Source: Acidimicrobiia bacterium (GTDB lineage: Bacteria; Actinomycetota; Acidimicrobiia; Spongiisociales; ZC4RG35). From it: DNA of 64,000 bases. The notes below the pieces were generated by a model, which saw only the letters and a list, made by a program, of their open reading frames with translations, was not told where the DNA came from and made no database searches. The translations under genes and the position numbers were made by a program. The stretch is from assembly GCA_040880725.1 (NCBI GenBank), contig JBBDHV010000030.1, positions 26,643 through 90,642 on the forward strand, in the 5' to 3' direction. Shown piece by piece: positions 36,039 to 47,030 of the stretch (position 1 is the first letter of the stretch; every line of letters starts with the position of its first letter).

Positions 36039-39000
36039 GTGGCACAACGCGGGTATTACCGACATCCGACCATTCATCGAGACACCGTCGTCTTCGTCTC
36101 CGAGGATGACCTGTGGGCTGTCGAGAGCTCAGGTGGGGTCGCTCGGAGGCTCACCGCAAACCCCGGAATGCAGACGTTTCCCCGTCTTTCGCCCGACGGA
36201 GCGCTCCTGGCCTTCACGAGCCGCGACGAGGGCGCGGGCGAGGTCTTCGTCATGGAGGCCGCCGGGGGAGCGGCGCGTCGGCTCAGTCACTTCGGTGCGA
36301 ACACCAATGTCGTGGGGTGGACGCCCGACGGCGCGGGTGTGATCGCCGCCACGGACCATCGTCAGCCATTCACCGGATGGCATCACTTGTGGACGGTCCC
36401 GGTCGGTGGTGGACCTGCGGAGCCTGTCGGTGTGGGACCGGGTGTTGGGATGTCCCATGCCCCCGATGCCAAAGGCGCCGTGATGAGCCGTCACGGGTTG
36501 GATCCCGCCCGGTGGAAGCGGTATCGCGGGGGCCGGGCCGGCACTCTGTGGGTGGATCGCGAGGGGTCGGGTGACTTCGAGGTTCTCGTCGACCTGGCGG
36601 GGAATCTGGCGTCGCCGATGTGGATCGGACGACGCATCTACTTCGTGTCGGACCACGAGGGTGTCGGCAACCTGTATTCGGTGACACCGACGGGTGCCGG
36701 CCTGACACGTCACACCGAGCACCGTGACTTCTACGTGCGCTTTCCGAGTGCCGACGCCCGTCGGGTCGTCTACCAGGCCGGCGCCGACCTGTTCGTACTG
36801 GACACACGTTCGGACGAGGTCACGGGTTTGGATGTCTCGATCCCTTCGGCTCGGCCGCAACTCAACCGCCAATTCGTCACCCCGAGCCGGTTCCTCGAGT
36901 CGGTCGATCTGCATCCCGAGGGCCATTCGATCGCCGTCAACGCCCGAGGCGGATCGTTCACGATGCCGCTGTGGGAGGGCGCCTCCCGTCGCCACGGCGA
37001 GGTGTCGAAACACCGTCGCCGGCTGACGACATGGCTTCCCGATGGCGAACGCATCGTCTCGGTCACCGATCAGACCGGTGAGGAGGCGCTCATCATCGAG
37101 CGCGCCGACGGGTCCGGCGACGCCGTGCTGATCGAGCGGGACTTCGGACGCATCCGTTCGATCGTGGCCTCACCGAAAGGGCCCTTGCGGCTGGCGGTGA
37201 CCAACCATCGCCACGAAGTGCTCGTGGTCAACGTGTCCCGCAAGTCGGTGAGTGTCATCCACCGCAGCCCCCACACGTGGATCGCGGGGACGGCATGGAG
37301 CCCCGACGGTCGCTGGTTGGCGTTTTCGGCGGCGCTGACCCGGCTCACGTCGACGATTCATCTCTACGACGCGTCCAATCGACGGGTCCATGCGCTGGGT
37401 CTTCCGCGTTTTCGCGACGTCACCCCGACGTTCGATCCGAGCGGCCGATACCTGGCGTTTCTCTCGGGACGTGTCTTCGATCCGGTCGCCGACGGACACT
37501 TTCACGATCACGGGTTCCCTCACCCCCATGTGCCGATGGTCATTCCGCTCCCAGCCGATGCGCCGTCGCCGTTCGCACTCGAACAGCGCGCACCGAAAGC
37601 CCCTGGCGGCAACAACAACACCGGTGGTGACGGCGACTCCGAACCCGTCGCCTTCGATCCCGCCGACTTGGTCGATCGCGCGCAGGTCGTTCCGGTTCCT
37701 CCCGGAAGAATGAGCCGGATCGCGTTCGGGTCGGGGAGGCTGTTCTTTCTCGGTCTGCCCCTGGTCGGGTCGCGCCCCGTGTCGTGGGGGCCATCCGAAC
37801 GTCCCAAGGGGACGCTGTCGGCGTGGGATTTCAATTCCGACAAGGTCGAACAGATCGCCGACGGCGTGACAGGTATGACCGTGTCGGCAGACGGCAAGGT
37901 GCTGGCGATCCTCGCCGACCGTCGGATCCGCGTCGTCGGGGTGGGGTGGAAGGACGACAAGTCGGGCAAGGACGGTGCGGGCCGCGAGTCGGGATGGCTG
38001 GACCTCGACCGGATTCGGATCGAAGTCCGACGCACCGACGAGTGGCGCCAGATGTACTCCGAGGCGTGGAGGTTGCAACGGGATCTGTACTGGTTCGAAT
38101 CGATGGGTGGTGTCGACTGGGTCGAGGTTCACGATCGCTACGCCTCCCTCGTCGACCGTGTGGGGTCCCGGGCGGAGTTCTCGGATCTGTTGTGGGAGAT
38201 GCAGGGTGAACTGGGAACCAGCCATGCCTACGAGATGGGCGGGTCGTATCGGCCGGAGCCGAAGGTCACGCTCGGACGTCTCGGTGCGGATTTGGCGTGG
38301 AGTCGGGGTGCGTGGCGGATCACGGGTCTGCCGGAGGGCGACTCGTGGGATCTGAAGGCAGCTTCACCGCTGGCGGCTCCCGGCGTCGAAGCCCGGGTGG
38401 GCGACCGCGTGCTGGAAGTCGCCGGCGTCGCGCTGGACAGGGACACCGATGTGGGTGAGGCGCTCGTCGACCATGCGAACAGGGCCGTCTCCGTCGTCCT
38501 GGCACGGGGCCGGTCTGCCCCCCGCCGAGTGGTGGTGAAGCCACTGGGCGACGAGACGATGCTGCGGTATCGGGACTGGGTCGAGTCGAACCGGCGGGCA
38601 GTTCACGAGGCCACCGACGGTCGAGGCGGCTACCTGCACATTCCCGACATGATGGGCTGGGGTTACAGCGAGTTCAATCGCGGATGGTTGGCCGAGGTCG
38701 AACGGGCCGGGCTCGTGATCGACGTCCGATTCAATCGCGGCGGGAACGTCAGTCAACTTCTGCTGCAGCGGCTTCTGCGGCGACGCCTCGGATTCCGGGT
38801 GACGCGATGGACCGACCCGACCGGCTTCCCCTACGAGTCGCCGACTGGGCCGATGGTCTGTCTGACCAACGAGCTCGCGGGCTCCGATGGCGACATCTTC
38901 AGCCACGCGTTCAAGATGGCAGGCCTTGGCCCGCTCATCGGCACCCGGACGTGGGGTGGAGTGGTGGGCATCTGGCCGCAGCAATCCCTCGTGGACGGCA

Positions 39001-39236
39001 CCGTGACGACGCAACCGCAGTTCGGGACATGGTTCTCCGACGTCGGGTACGCCGTCGAGAACCACGGGACCGACCCCGACATCGAGGTCGTGATCAGCCC
39101 CCAGGACCACGCCGCGGGCCGTGATCCTCAGCTCGATCGGGGCGTCGCCGAGCTGCTGGCGCGTATTGCCGATGCCGGGCCGCTCCAACCCGACTTCGGT
39201 CCCGAACCCGTGGTGAAGCCGCCCACGTTGAATTGA
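36039..39236 (+). CDS. Tricorn protease (S41B)
   Basis: GYYR.P.I, EDDLW, WKRYRGG.AG, GEL..SHAY, PDZ, DVR.N.GG, GSDGD, GTRTWGG. Confidence 0.95.
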   Translation: MAQRGYYRHPTIHRDTVVFVSEDDLWAVESSGGVARRLTANPGMQTFPRLSPDGALLAFTSRDEGAGEVFVMEAAGGAARRLSHFGANTNVVGWTPDGAGVIAATDHRQPFTGWHHLWTVPVGGGPAEPVGVGPGVGMSHAPDAKGAVMSRHGLDPARWKRYRGGRAGTLWVDREGSGDFEVLVDLAGNLASPMWIGRRIYFVSDHEGVGNLYSVTPTGAGLTRHTEHRDFYVRFPSADARRVVYQAGADLFVLDTRSDEVTGLDVSIPSARPQLNRQFVTPSRFLESVDLHPEGHSIAVNARGGSFTMPLWEGASRRHGEVSKHRRRLTTWLPDGERIVSVTDQTGEEALIIERADGSGDAVLIERDFGRIRSIVASPKGPLRLAVTNHRHEVLVVNVSRKSVSVIHRSPHTWIAGTAWSPDGRWLAFSAALTRLTSTIHLYDASNRRVHALGLPRFRDVTPTFDPSGRYLAFLSGRVFDPVADGHFHDHGFPHPHVPMVIPLPADAPSPFALEQRAPKAPGGNNNTGGDGDSEPVAFDPADLVDRAQVVPVPPGRMSRIAFGSGRLFFLGLPLVGSRPVSWGPSERPKGTLSAWDFNSDKVEQIADGVTGMTVSADGKVLAILADRRIRVVGVGWKDDKSGKDGAGRESGWLDLDRIRIEVRRTDEWRQMYSEAWRLQRDLYWFESMGGVDWVEVHDRYASLVDRVGSRAEFSDLLWEMQGELGTSHAYEMGGSYRPEPKVTLGRLGADLAWSRGAWRITGLPEGDSWDLKAASPLAAPGVEARVGDRVLEVAGVALDRDTDVGEALVDHANRAVSVVLARGRSAPRRVVVKPLGDETMLRYRDWVESNRRAVHEATDGRGGYLHIPDMMGWGYSEFNRGWLAEVERAGLVIDVRFNRGGNVSQLLLQRLLRRRLGFRVTRWTDPTGFPYESPTGPMVCLTNELAGSDGDIFSHAFKMAGLGPLIGTRTWGGVVGIWPQQSLVDGTVTTQPQFGTWFSDVGYAVENHGTDPDIEVVISPQDHAAGRDPQLDRGVAELLARIADAGPLQPDFGPEPVVKPPTLN

Positions 39237-39286
39237 CCCTCGGTCCGGGGGACGTCGCCACCTCGGCCGGCAGCCACAGCGAAGTG

Positions 39287-39316
39287 ACTAGTTCTTGTGT
39301 GGGACAAAAAACTAGT
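39287..39316. promoter_or_regulatory. AT-rich inverted repeat upstream of CAP-SLH gene
   Basis: ACTAGTTCTTGT-N5-ACAAAAAACTAGT. Confidence 0.4.
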
Positions 39317-39351
39317 TAAGCCACCGCCCGAAAGCGACGACATCCCAGAGC

Positions 39352-40341
39352 ATGAGAGCTGGGGCCCGAATGATGGTGGTTGCGCTGACCGCCGTGTTGG
39401 TTGCGACGACGATGCCGCTGGTATCGGCCGCTGCGGTCGATCCGGTGTCGGCTGAACACCAGTTCGTCGACCTCATCAATCAGGAACGCCGACAGCGGGG
39501 GCTCACCCCCCTGGCCACGAACAGCGATCTCGTCGCAGGCGCACGCTTCCAAGCCGACGCCATTCGCGACGCCGGGCGACTCTTCCACAATCCCGACCTC
39601 GGTTCCGTCACGACCGGTTGGACCAAGTTGGGCGAGAACGTCGGATACGGCAGCACGGTTTCGGGCCTGCACGTCGCCTTCATGAACTCGCCGGGCCACA
39701 GGGCCAACGTCTTGGACCCTTCGTACACCCATGTCGGGCTGGGCGTCGTGGTGGAGGGCTCGAGGATCTGGGTCGCCGAAGTGTTCATGCACTCGAAGGT
39801 CGCGACCGTCCAACAGCAGACGACCTTCACCGCGCCGTTCCGCGACGACGACGGATTGCCGTACGAATCCGACATCGTCGCTCTCGCCAAGGCCGGCGTC
39901 ACCACGGGGTGCAGCACCGACCGGTACTGCCCCTACGGATTCGTCTCCCGCGCGGAGATGGCCAGCTTCCTGCAGCGGGCGCTGAACCTGCAGGCTCCGA
40001 CCACCGACTTCTTCTGGGACGACAGCAACTCCGGTCACCACGGGGCGATCAACGCACTCGCATACAACGCGATCTCGTCAGGATGCGGCGGTGGCCGATA
40101 TTGCCCTGGCACCACGGTCTCCCGAGGGGAGATGGCGACCTTCCTGGTACGGGCACTGCGATTGTCGCCCACCAGCCGGGACTATTTCTGGGATGACAAC
40201 GGGTCCGCCCATGAGGCGTCGATCAATGCCATCGCAGCAGCGGGAATCTCCAGCGGCTGTGGAACCGGCGCCTTCTGTCCCTGGGGTGGGCTCACCCGAG
40301 GAGAGATGGCGACGTTCATGGTGCGAGGCTTCGACCTCTGA
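39352..40341 (+). CDS. Secreted CAP (SCP) domain protein with three SLH repeats
   Basis: Signal peptide; IN.ER...GL, GENVG, MNSPGHRAN.L; three GC....YCP...V.R.EMA.FL repeats. Confidence 0.92.
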   Translation: MRAGARMMVVALTAVLVATTMPLVSAAAVDPVSAEHQFVDLINQERRQRGLTPLATNSDLVAGARFQADAIRDAGRLFHNPDLGSVTTGWTKLGENVGYGSTVSGLHVAFMNSPGHRANVLDPSYTHVGLGVVVEGSRIWVAEVFMHSKVATVQQQTTFTAPFRDDDGLPYESDIVALAKAGVTTGCSTDRYCPYGFVSRAEMASFLQRALNLQAPTTDFFWDDSNSGHHGAINALAYNAISSGCGGGRYCPGTTVSRGEMATFLVRALRLSPTSRDYFWDDNGSAHEASINAIAAAGISSGCGTGAFCPWGGLTRGEMATFMVRGFDL

Positions 40342-40353
40342 CCGAGGCGGGGT

Positions 40354-41418
40354 CTACGACACCCCGGTGATGCGATCTGCGATCAGATCACCGATCTCCG
40401 TGGTCGACCTGCCCATGTCGGGACCGCCCATCGTCTTCAGATCGGGGAGCACGCTCGCAGCAGCCTGTTCCACCGCCGCGGCCGCGTCGGTCTCACCGAG
40501 GTGATCGAGACACATCGCCGCCGAGATCACGGCCGCCACCGGGTTCGCCCAACCGTTGCCGGCGATGTCCGGCGCGGAGCCGTGCACCGGTTCGAACATC
40601 GAGGGCTTCTGGCGGGACGGGTCGAGGTTGCCCGATGCGGCCAGCCCGAGGCCGCCCTGGATGGCCGCCCCGAGATCGGTGACGATGTCGCCGAACAGGT
40701 TGTCGGTGACCATCACGTCGAAACGCTCCGGTGAGTTCACCATGTACAAGCAGGCAGCGTCGACGTGGACATAGTCGAGAGCCACGTCGGGGTAGTCCGA
40801 ATGCACCTCCTGGGCGGTCCGCCACCACAGGTCGCCGGCGAAGGTGAGGACATTCGTCTTGTGGGCGACGGTGAGCTTGCCGCGTCGCCGCTGGGCTCGA
40901 ACGAACGCATCGCGGACGACCCGTTCGACGCCGTGGCGGGTGTTCACCGATTCCTGGGTCGCCACCTCGTGCGCGGTTCCCTGCTTGAACACCCCTCCCA
41001 TCCCCGTGTAGAGGCCCTCGGTGTTCTCGCGAACGACCACCATGTCGCACCGGTCCGGTGTGAGTCCGTCGATGGGGGACGGCACCCCCTCATACAGCTT
41101 GACCGGGCGGAGGTTGACGTACTGGTCGAAGTCGAAACGGAGCTTGAGGAGCAGACCTCGCTCGAGGACGCCAGGCGGGACGTCCGGAGTCCCGACCGCG
41201 CCGAGCAGGATGGCGTCGTGGCCGGCGAGTTCGGCCTGAACTGCCGTGGGGAGCACCTCGCCGGTGGCGAGATACCGCCCCCCTCCCAAGTCGTAGTTCG
41301 TGTAGTCGACGGAGAATCCGAACCGTTCCCCGGCCGCGTCGACGGCTTTCACCGCCTCCGCGGTCACTTCGATGCCGACCCCGTCCCCGGGGATGGTCGC
41401 AATCCGGTAGGTGGTCAT
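40354..41418 (-). CDS. leuB: 3-isopropylmalate dehydrogenase
   Basis: [45 protein letters not shown]. Confidence 0.95.
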   Translation of the reverse strand: MTTYRIATIPGDGVGIEVTAEAVKAVDAAGERFGFSVDYTNYDLGGGRYLATGEVLPTAVQAELAGHDAILLGAVGTPDVPPGVLERGLLLKLRFDFDQYVNLRPVKLYEGVPSPIDGLTPDRCDMVVVRENTEGLYTGMGGVFKQGTAHEVATQESVNTRHGVERVVRDAFVRAQRRRGKLTVAHKTNVLTFAGDLWWRTAQEVHSDYPDVALDYVHVDAACLYMVNSPERFDVMVTDNLFGDIVTDLGAAIQGGLGLAASGNLDPSRQKPSMFEPVHGSAPDIAGNGWANPVAAVISAAMCLDHLGETDAAAAVEQAAASVLPDLKTMGGPDMGRSTTEIGDLIADRITGVS

Positions 41419-41419
41419 C

Positions 41420-42928
41420 TCAGGCGGTCGCCTTGTTGAGGGCTTCGACGAATGCCTCTGCGGAGCCCTCCACCACATCGGTGTTGATCGACCGGCCACT
41501 GAAAGTGTTGTCGTCGACTCTGACGACCACGTTGACTTCGGCCATCGCGTCGGCGCCCGAAGTGACCGGCACGACCCGGTAGTCCACCAGACGGGCATCG
41601 ACCTTGAAGCCTTGCTTGATGGCGGCGAAAGCGGCGTGAACCATGCCGTCGCCGTGACCCGTGAACTTCATCTCGTTTCCTTCCACGATGAGGGTGACGG
41701 TTGCCTCGGGGGTCACGTCATGTCCGCCTGCGACGTGCAGGCCGCCCATCACGACGTTGCCGGCCACCGCGATGGCTTCCTCATCGACGATCGCTCGTAC
41801 CTCGTCCTCGCCGATGTGCACCTTGCGGTCGGCGAGGTGTTTGAACTTCTCGAACGCCCGGGAGAAGGCGGCGTCCTCGAGGGTGATCTCCAGCTTGGAC
41901 AGCGCGTCGGCGAACCCTGCCCGACCTGAGTGCTTTCCGAGGATGATCTGGGCTGCCTGCTGGCCCACGGATGCCGCGTCCATGATCTCGTAGGTCGTGC
42001 GGTCCCGCAGCACCCCGTGCTGGTGGATGCCCGACTCGTGCGCGAATGCGTTGCGTCCGACGACGGCCTTGTTGTACTGCACCGGATAGCCGGTGAGGCG
42101 GGACACCAGGCGGCTGGTCTCGAACAGTTCCCGGGTGTCCGCACCGATCTCGACTCCGTACACGTCCTGGCGTGTCTTGATGGCCATGATGATCTCTTCG
42201 ATCGAAGTGTTGCCGGCCCTTTCCCCGATGCCGTTGATGGCCCCTTCGATCTGTCGCGCCCCCGCAGAGATCGCCGACAGCGAGTTGGCGACCGCCAGAC
42301 CGAGATCGTCGTGACAGTGCACGGATACGATCACGTCGTCCCGGTCGCCTTTGACCTCCCGGAAGACGTTCTTCATGAGCTCGGAGAAGTCCGTCGGGGT
42401 GGCGAAACCGACGGTGTCGGGGATGTTGATCGTCGTCGCCCCCGCCTCGACCGCTGCCTTGCAGACGTCGATCAGGAACTGGTAGTCGGTGCGGGTGGCG
42501 TCCTGGGGACTGAATTCGACGTCGTCGGTGTACTGGCGGGCTCGCTTCACGCCTTCCACCGAGGCGTCGAAGACTTCCTGCGGCGTCATGCGCAGCATCT
42601 TTTCCATGTGCACCCCGGAGGTGGACATGAACACGTGGATGCGGAACTCGTCTGCGGCCTTGAGGGCGTCGTACGCCTTGTCGATGTCGTCGGGATGCGC
42701 CCGGGCCAGCGAGGCGATGACCGGACCTTTGACTTCGGTGGCGATGCGGTTCACCGCCTGCCAGTCACCGGGGGAGGAGGCGGCGAATCCCGCCTCCAGT
42801 ACATCGACTTTCAGCTTCGCCAGCTGATGGGCGATCGATACTTTCTCACCCGGAGTCAACGCGATGCCGGGCGCCTGCTCGCCGTCGCGCAGGGTGGTGT
42901 CGAAAATGATCAGTCGGTCGTCGGACAT
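41420..42928 (-). CDS. leuA: 2-isopropylmalate synthase
   Basis: [36 protein letters not shown]. Confidence 0.96.
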   Translation of the reverse strand: MSDDRLIIFDTTLRDGEQAPGIALTPGEKVSIAHQLAKLKVDVLEAGFAASSPGDWQAVNRIATEVKGPVIASLARAHPDDIDKAYDALKAADEFRIHVFMSTSGVHMEKMLRMTPQEVFDASVEGVKRARQYTDDVEFSPQDATRTDYQFLIDVCKAAVEAGATTINIPDTVGFATPTDFSELMKNVFREVKGDRDDVIVSVHCHDDLGLAVANSLSAISAGARQIEGAINGIGERAGNTSIEEIIMAIKTRQDVYGVEIGADTRELFETSRLVSRLTGYPVQYNKAVVGRNAFAHESGIHQHGVLRDRTTYEIMDAASVGQQAAQIILGKHSGRAGFADALSKLEITLEDAAFSRAFEKFKHLADRKVHIGEDEVRAIVDEEAIAVAGNVVMGGLHVAGGHDVTPEATVTLIVEGNEMKFTGHGDGMVHAAFAAIKQGFKVDARLVDYRVVPVTSGADAMAEVNVVVRVDDNTFSGRSINTDVVEGSAEAFVEALNKATA

Positions 42929-43048
42929 GTGGGTCTCCTTGGGAGCGAAATGGGGTCTGCGTGCCGAGCCGGGTCGAGACGCGCGCGTCCCGCCCGGCTA
43001 CCGAAGTTCGAGCAAGCCCCAGTGATGTCCGACGCCGGAATGGCTCAC
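42929..43048 (-). promoter_or_regulatory. Candidate Leu leader peptide (42998-43048, [16 protein letters not shown]) and structured leuA leader
   Basis: GTG overlaps ilvC TGA; three Leu codons in the last five; nested helices between the leader stop and the leuA RBS. Confidence 0.6.
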
Positions 43049-44052
43049 GGGGCGTCCTTCGGCTCCATGAAGCTCATGAGTCCCCGCAGTTCCTTGCCGA
43101 CGCTCTCGATCTGGTGGCCCCGGTTCGCTTCGCGCTGCTCGTAGAGATACGGAGCGCCTTCCCGTGCCTGGGCGAGCCATTCGGTGGCAAACGCACCGGA
43201 CTGGATCTCGCTGAGCACCTTCTTCATCTCGGCACGGGTCTCGTCGGTGACGATGCGCGACCCGCGGGTGTAGTCGCCGTACTCGGCGGTGTCCGAGATC
43301 GAATAGCGCATATAGGAGAGGCCGCCTTCGTAGAGAAGGTCGACGATGAGCTTCAACTCGTGGAGGGTCTCGAAGTACGCCGACTCCGGCTGATAGCCCG
43401 CTTCGACCAGGGTTTCGAACCCGGCCTTGATCAGTTCGGAGACGCCACCGCAGAGCACCACCTGCTCGCCGAAGAGATCGGTCTCGGTCTCCTCCTTGAA
43501 CGTCGTTTCCAGCACGCCGGCCCGGGCGCCACCGATGCCCCAGGCATACGACAGCCCCAGGTCGTGGGCGTTGCCGGTCGCGTCCTGATGGACGGCGATG
43601 AGGGCAGGGACACCGGAGTTCTCGGTGTAGGTGCGACGGACGAGATGGCCGGGGCCCTTGGGGGCGACCATGAGCACGTCGACGCCTTCGGGCGACGTGA
43701 TGGCACCGAAGTGGATGTTGAACCCGTGGGCGAACATGAGAGCGTCGTTGGGGTCGAGGTTGGGAGCGATCTCCTCGGTGTAGATGTCAGCCATGTGCTG
43801 GTCGGGAACCAGCATCATCACGACGTTCGCCCACCGCGCCGCCTCCGAGGGAGTCATCACTGTGAGGCCGGCCGTCTCGGCCTCCTGGCGGCTCGATGAA
43901 CCTTCCCGCAGACCGACGGCAACTTCGACACCTGAGTCCTTGAGGTTGTTGGCGTGGGCGTGGCCCTGGGAGCCGTAGCCGATGATGGCGACGCGCTTGG
44001 CCTTGATGATCGAAGGATCGGTCTCGTTGTCGTAGTAGATGGTTGCTGGCAT
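43045..44052 (-). CDS. ilvC: Ketol-acid reductoisomerase
   Basis: [44 protein letters not shown]. Confidence 0.97.
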   Translation of the reverse strand: MPATIYYDNETDPSIIKAKRVAIIGYGSQGHAHANNLKDSGVEVAVGLREGSSSRQEAETAGLTVMTPSEAARWANVVMMLVPDQHMADIYTEEIAPNLDPNDALMFAHGFNIHFGAITSPEGVDVLMVAPKGPGHLVRRTYTENSGVPALIAVHQDATGNAHDLGLSYAWGIGGARAGVLETTFKEETETDLFGEQVVLCGGVSELIKAGFETLVEAGYQPESAYFETLHELKLIVDLLYEGGLSYMRYSISDTAEYGDYTRGSRIVTDETRAEMKKVLSEIQSGAFATEWLAQAREGAPYLYEQREANRGHQIESVGKELRGLMSFMEPKDAP

Positions 44053-44075
44053 CGGTCCCACTCGTTTCTGTTCGT

Positions 44076-44582
44076 TCAGTTCACTGCCCGCAGACGTCCC
44101 TGCGGCTTGCCCTTCAGATCTCGTGCCAAGGCGATCCGACCCGACTTCACGAGGTCGACCACACCGTATGGACGCACCAGGTCCAGGAAGTCGTTGATCT
44201 TGGCAGGCTCGCCGGAGACCTGAAAACACACCGTGGCGTGGCCCACATCGACGGCGACGGCCTTGAAGATGGCGGCGATCTCCAGCACTTCGGGTCGCTT
44301 CGCGGGCGGCGTGGACACCCGCACCATCATCACTTCTCGCTCGATGGCCTGCTCGGGGTCGAGTTCGGTGATCTTGACCACGTTGATGAGCTTGTGGAGC
44401 TGCTTTTTGACCTGTTCGAGTTCGGGTGCCTCGACGACGATCGTCATCTTCGACATTCCGTCCTCATTCGAGGGCCCGACGGCCAGGGAATGGATGTTGA
44501 ACCCGCGACGCGCCAGCAACGATGAGACCCTGGCCAGGACGCCGGGCTTGTCCTCGACGAGGACTGAGAGGGTGTGGTTCAT
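44076..44582 (-). CDS. ilvN: Acetolactate synthase small subunit
   Basis: [33 protein letters not shown]. Confidence 0.96.
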   Translation of the reverse strand: MNHTLSVLVEDKPGVLARVSSLLARRGFNIHSLAVGPSNEDGMSKMTIVVEAPELEQVKKQLHKLINVVKITELDPEQAIEREVMMVRVSTPPAKRPEVLEIAAIFKAVAVDVGHATVCFQVSGEPAKINDFLDLVRPYGVVDLVKSGRIALARDLKGKPQGRLRAVN

Positions 44583-44598
44583 GTTCTCGTTCCTCGTT

Positions 44599-46323
44599 TC
44601 AGGGAAGGTCGGACGGCTTCATGACGACGCGCTCGCCGGGGCCGACGATCACGTCGTCGTTGCTGCCGCCCGCGGGGACCATCGGGAACACCATCTCTTC
44701 TGGGTCCACAACGAAGTCGATCACGACCGGGGCATCGTCGATGGACAGTGACTTCTCGATGATGGGTGCGACTTCGTCGGGTGTCTCGGCCCGCAGGCCG
44801 ACACATCCCATCGCTTCGGCGAGTTTCACGTAGTCGACCTTGTTGCCGAGCTGGGATGCCGAGAACCGGCCCTCGTAGAACAGTCGCTGCCATTGGGTGA
44901 CCATCCCGTGCACGCCGTTGTTCATGATGGCGATCTTGACGGGAATCCCGTCGGTGGCGGCGGTGATGAGCTCCTGGCTGGTCATCTGGAAACACCCGTC
45001 GCCATCGATGGCAAAGACCAGCTCGTCGGGCATTCCGGCTTTGGCGCCGACGGCGGCAGGCACCGCGAAACCCATCGTGCCCAGCCCACCGGAGTTGATC
45101 CAGCGGCGGGGGTTCTCGAACTTCCAGAACTGGCTCGCCCACATCTGATGCTGGCCGACGCCGGAGACCACGATGGCGTCCCCGCCCGTGATGCGGTGCA
45201 GTTCCTCCACCACGTACTGCGGCTTGATCGGACCATCGGGCTGCTGGTCATAAGAGAGGGGGTGCTGGCGCTGCCAACCGTTGATCGTCTGCATCCATGG
45301 CGTGCGGTCCGGCGCGTCCCGGTCGCCCCATGCCTCGAGCATCTGTTCCATCACCCGCTTGGCGTCACCGACGATGGGCACCTCCGGTGTCCGGACCTTG
45401 CCGATTTCTGCGGGGTCGACGTCGACGTGGATCACTTTGGCGTGTGGTGCGAAGTGCCGCGGGTCACCGGTCACCCGGTCGTCGAAACGAACCCCGATCG
45501 AGACCAGCAGATCAGCTTTCTGGATCGCAGTGATGGCGGTGTAGGTGCCGTGCATCCCCGGCATCCCCATGGCGAGTTCGTGCGAGTCGGGGAAGGCACC
45601 CCGGCCCATCAGGGTCGTGGTGACGGGGACACCGGTGCGTTCGGCGAGGGCGAGGAGCACCTCGGCTCCGTTCGCCTTGATGACACCGCCGCCGACATAC
45701 AGCACGGGGCGTTCGGCCGATTCGATGAGTTCGATCGCCTCCCGTACCCGACGGGGGTGACCGTCGACGGTCGGCTTGTATCCGGGCAGAGCGAACACGA
45801 CAGGCTCGCGCCACGACGTCGCCCGGTTGAGGATGTCCTTCGGGATGTCGATCAGGACGGGTCCCGGTCGGCCGGTCCGCGCGATGTGGAAGGCTTCGTG
45901 GACGATGTCGGGGATCTCGTCGGGATCGGAGACGAAATAGTTGTGCTTGGTGCACGGCATCGTGATCCCGGTGGTGTACGCCTCTTGAAAGGCGTCGTTG
46001 CCCACGGAACTCGTCGCAACCTGGCCGGTGATCGCCACCATCGGGACCGAGTCCATGAGGGCGTCGGCGAGCGGGGTGACGAGGTTGGTCGCACCGGGTC
46101 CGGAGGTGGCGATGCACACGCCCACCTTGCCGGTGGCCCACGCATAGCCCTCGGCCATGTGCCCCGCACCCTGTTCGTGCCGTGCCAGGACGTGGCGGAT
46201 CGACGAGTCGAGGATTGGGTCGTAGGCGGGCAGGATCGCTCCTCCCGGCACGCCAAAGGCGATTTCGACGCCCTCATGCTCCAGCGAGGTGATGAGTGAC
46301 TGGGCTCCGCTGATGGTGGTCAT
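44599..46323 (-). CDS. ilvB: Acetolactate synthase large subunit
   Basis: FG.PGGAILP, RHEQGAGH, TSGPGATN, GMHG, SGGLGTMG, DGDG.F.M. Confidence 0.97.
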   Translation of the reverse strand: MTTISGAQSLITSLEHEGVEIAFGVPGGAILPAYDPILDSSIRHVLARHEQGAGHMAEGYAWATGKVGVCIATSGPGATNLVTPLADALMDSVPMVAITGQVATSSVGNDAFQEAYTTGITMPCTKHNYFVSDPDEIPDIVHEAFHIARTGRPGPVLIDIPKDILNRATSWREPVVFALPGYKPTVDGHPRRVREAIELIESAERPVLYVGGGVIKANGAEVLLALAERTGVPVTTTLMGRGAFPDSHELAMGMPGMHGTYTAITAIQKADLLVSIGVRFDDRVTGDPRHFAPHAKVIHVDVDPAEIGKVRTPEVPIVGDAKRVMEQMLEAWGDRDAPDRTPWMQTINGWQRQHPLSYDQQPDGPIKPQYVVEELHRITGGDAIVVSGVGQHQMWASQFWKFENPRRWINSGGLGTMGFAVPAAVGAKAGMPDELVFAIDGDGCFQMTSQELITAATDGIPVKIAIMNNGVHGMVTQWQRLFYEGRFSASQLGNKVDYVKLAEAMGCVGLRAETPDEVAPIIEKSLSIDDAPVVIDFVVDPEEMVFPMVPAGGSNDDVIVGPGERVVMKPSDLP

Positions 46324-46375
46324 TGGTGGGTTTCCTCCATGTGGGCCGAACGCTTGGTGTGCCGTTCGGGGTATG

Positions 46376-46401
46376 AAAAACCCCCCCGGGTCTCGGGAGG
46401 G
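46376..46401 (-). terminator. Attenuator intrinsic terminator upstream of ilvB
   Basis: CCCTCCCG-agacc-CGGGGGGG followed by TTTTT. Confidence 0.85.
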
Positions 46402-46438
46402 CATCAGGGCGCACACGCCGGGGTTTGTGGCGTGCGCG

Positions 46439-46468
46439 CTAGGGAAGTACGAGAATCGTGTGGAACAT
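46439..46468 (-). CDS. ilvB leader peptide MFHTILVLP
   Basis: Consecutive Ile-Leu-Val-Leu codons followed by alternative hairpins and a terminator. Confidence 0.85.
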   Translation of the reverse strand: MFHTILVLP

Positions 46469-46478
46469 GTGCTCTGCC

Positions 46479-46507
46479 AGTATGCCGCTGCGCTCCCTGA
46501 GAGTCAA
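46479..46507 (-). promoter_or_regulatory. sigma70 promoter of ilvBNC-leuAB
   Basis: TTGACT-N17-CATACT, 10 nt before the leader ATG. Confidence 0.7.
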
Positions 46508-46628
46508 AATCATTGGGAAATCCTGTCGCAGCCTCGCCTCGGACCTGGAGACGGCTACGAAGCTGGAACCGCGGTGAGCCCTGCAGCGTCTCAGTTTCGA
46601 GATCGAGAGTTCGAAACAAAAGACATTC

Positions 46629-46988
46629 ATGCAGAACACGTTCATGTTGCACGAACAAGCGATCCCGAAAGCCGGCATTCCCGAAACCCTGTTCCTTGCC
46701 GTGTTGGGTGCGGCCATGGTGAGTGTCGTGCTCCGGTACCGGTCAACGATCTTCGCCGGTCCGGTCGCCCTGGCAGTTGCCGCCGGGGCCGCATTCGCGG
46801 TCGCGCTGGCGGCCGACCTGGTGATGGATCAGAACTTCTATCTCGAGGACGGGTTCAAGTTCGTGGGGATCTGGACGTGGGCCGGCTTCCTCGTCATGTT
46901 CTCGCGGCAGACGATCTTGCGGGACGCGGAGGGAGCCATGTCGCTCCAAGACGACGCCGATCGGTCGCCCTCGGACAGCATGCGCTGA
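46629..46988 (+). pseudogene. Probable 5'-truncated membrane protein fragment
   Basis: Begins at an FMLHE motif, three TM helices, EDGFKF.GI..W; no RBS or upstream coding signal visible. Confidence 0.5.
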
Positions 46989-47030
46989 CGAGACGCGTGA
47001 TACTGGGTGCCGGGTCGAAAGGAGTCCCGG

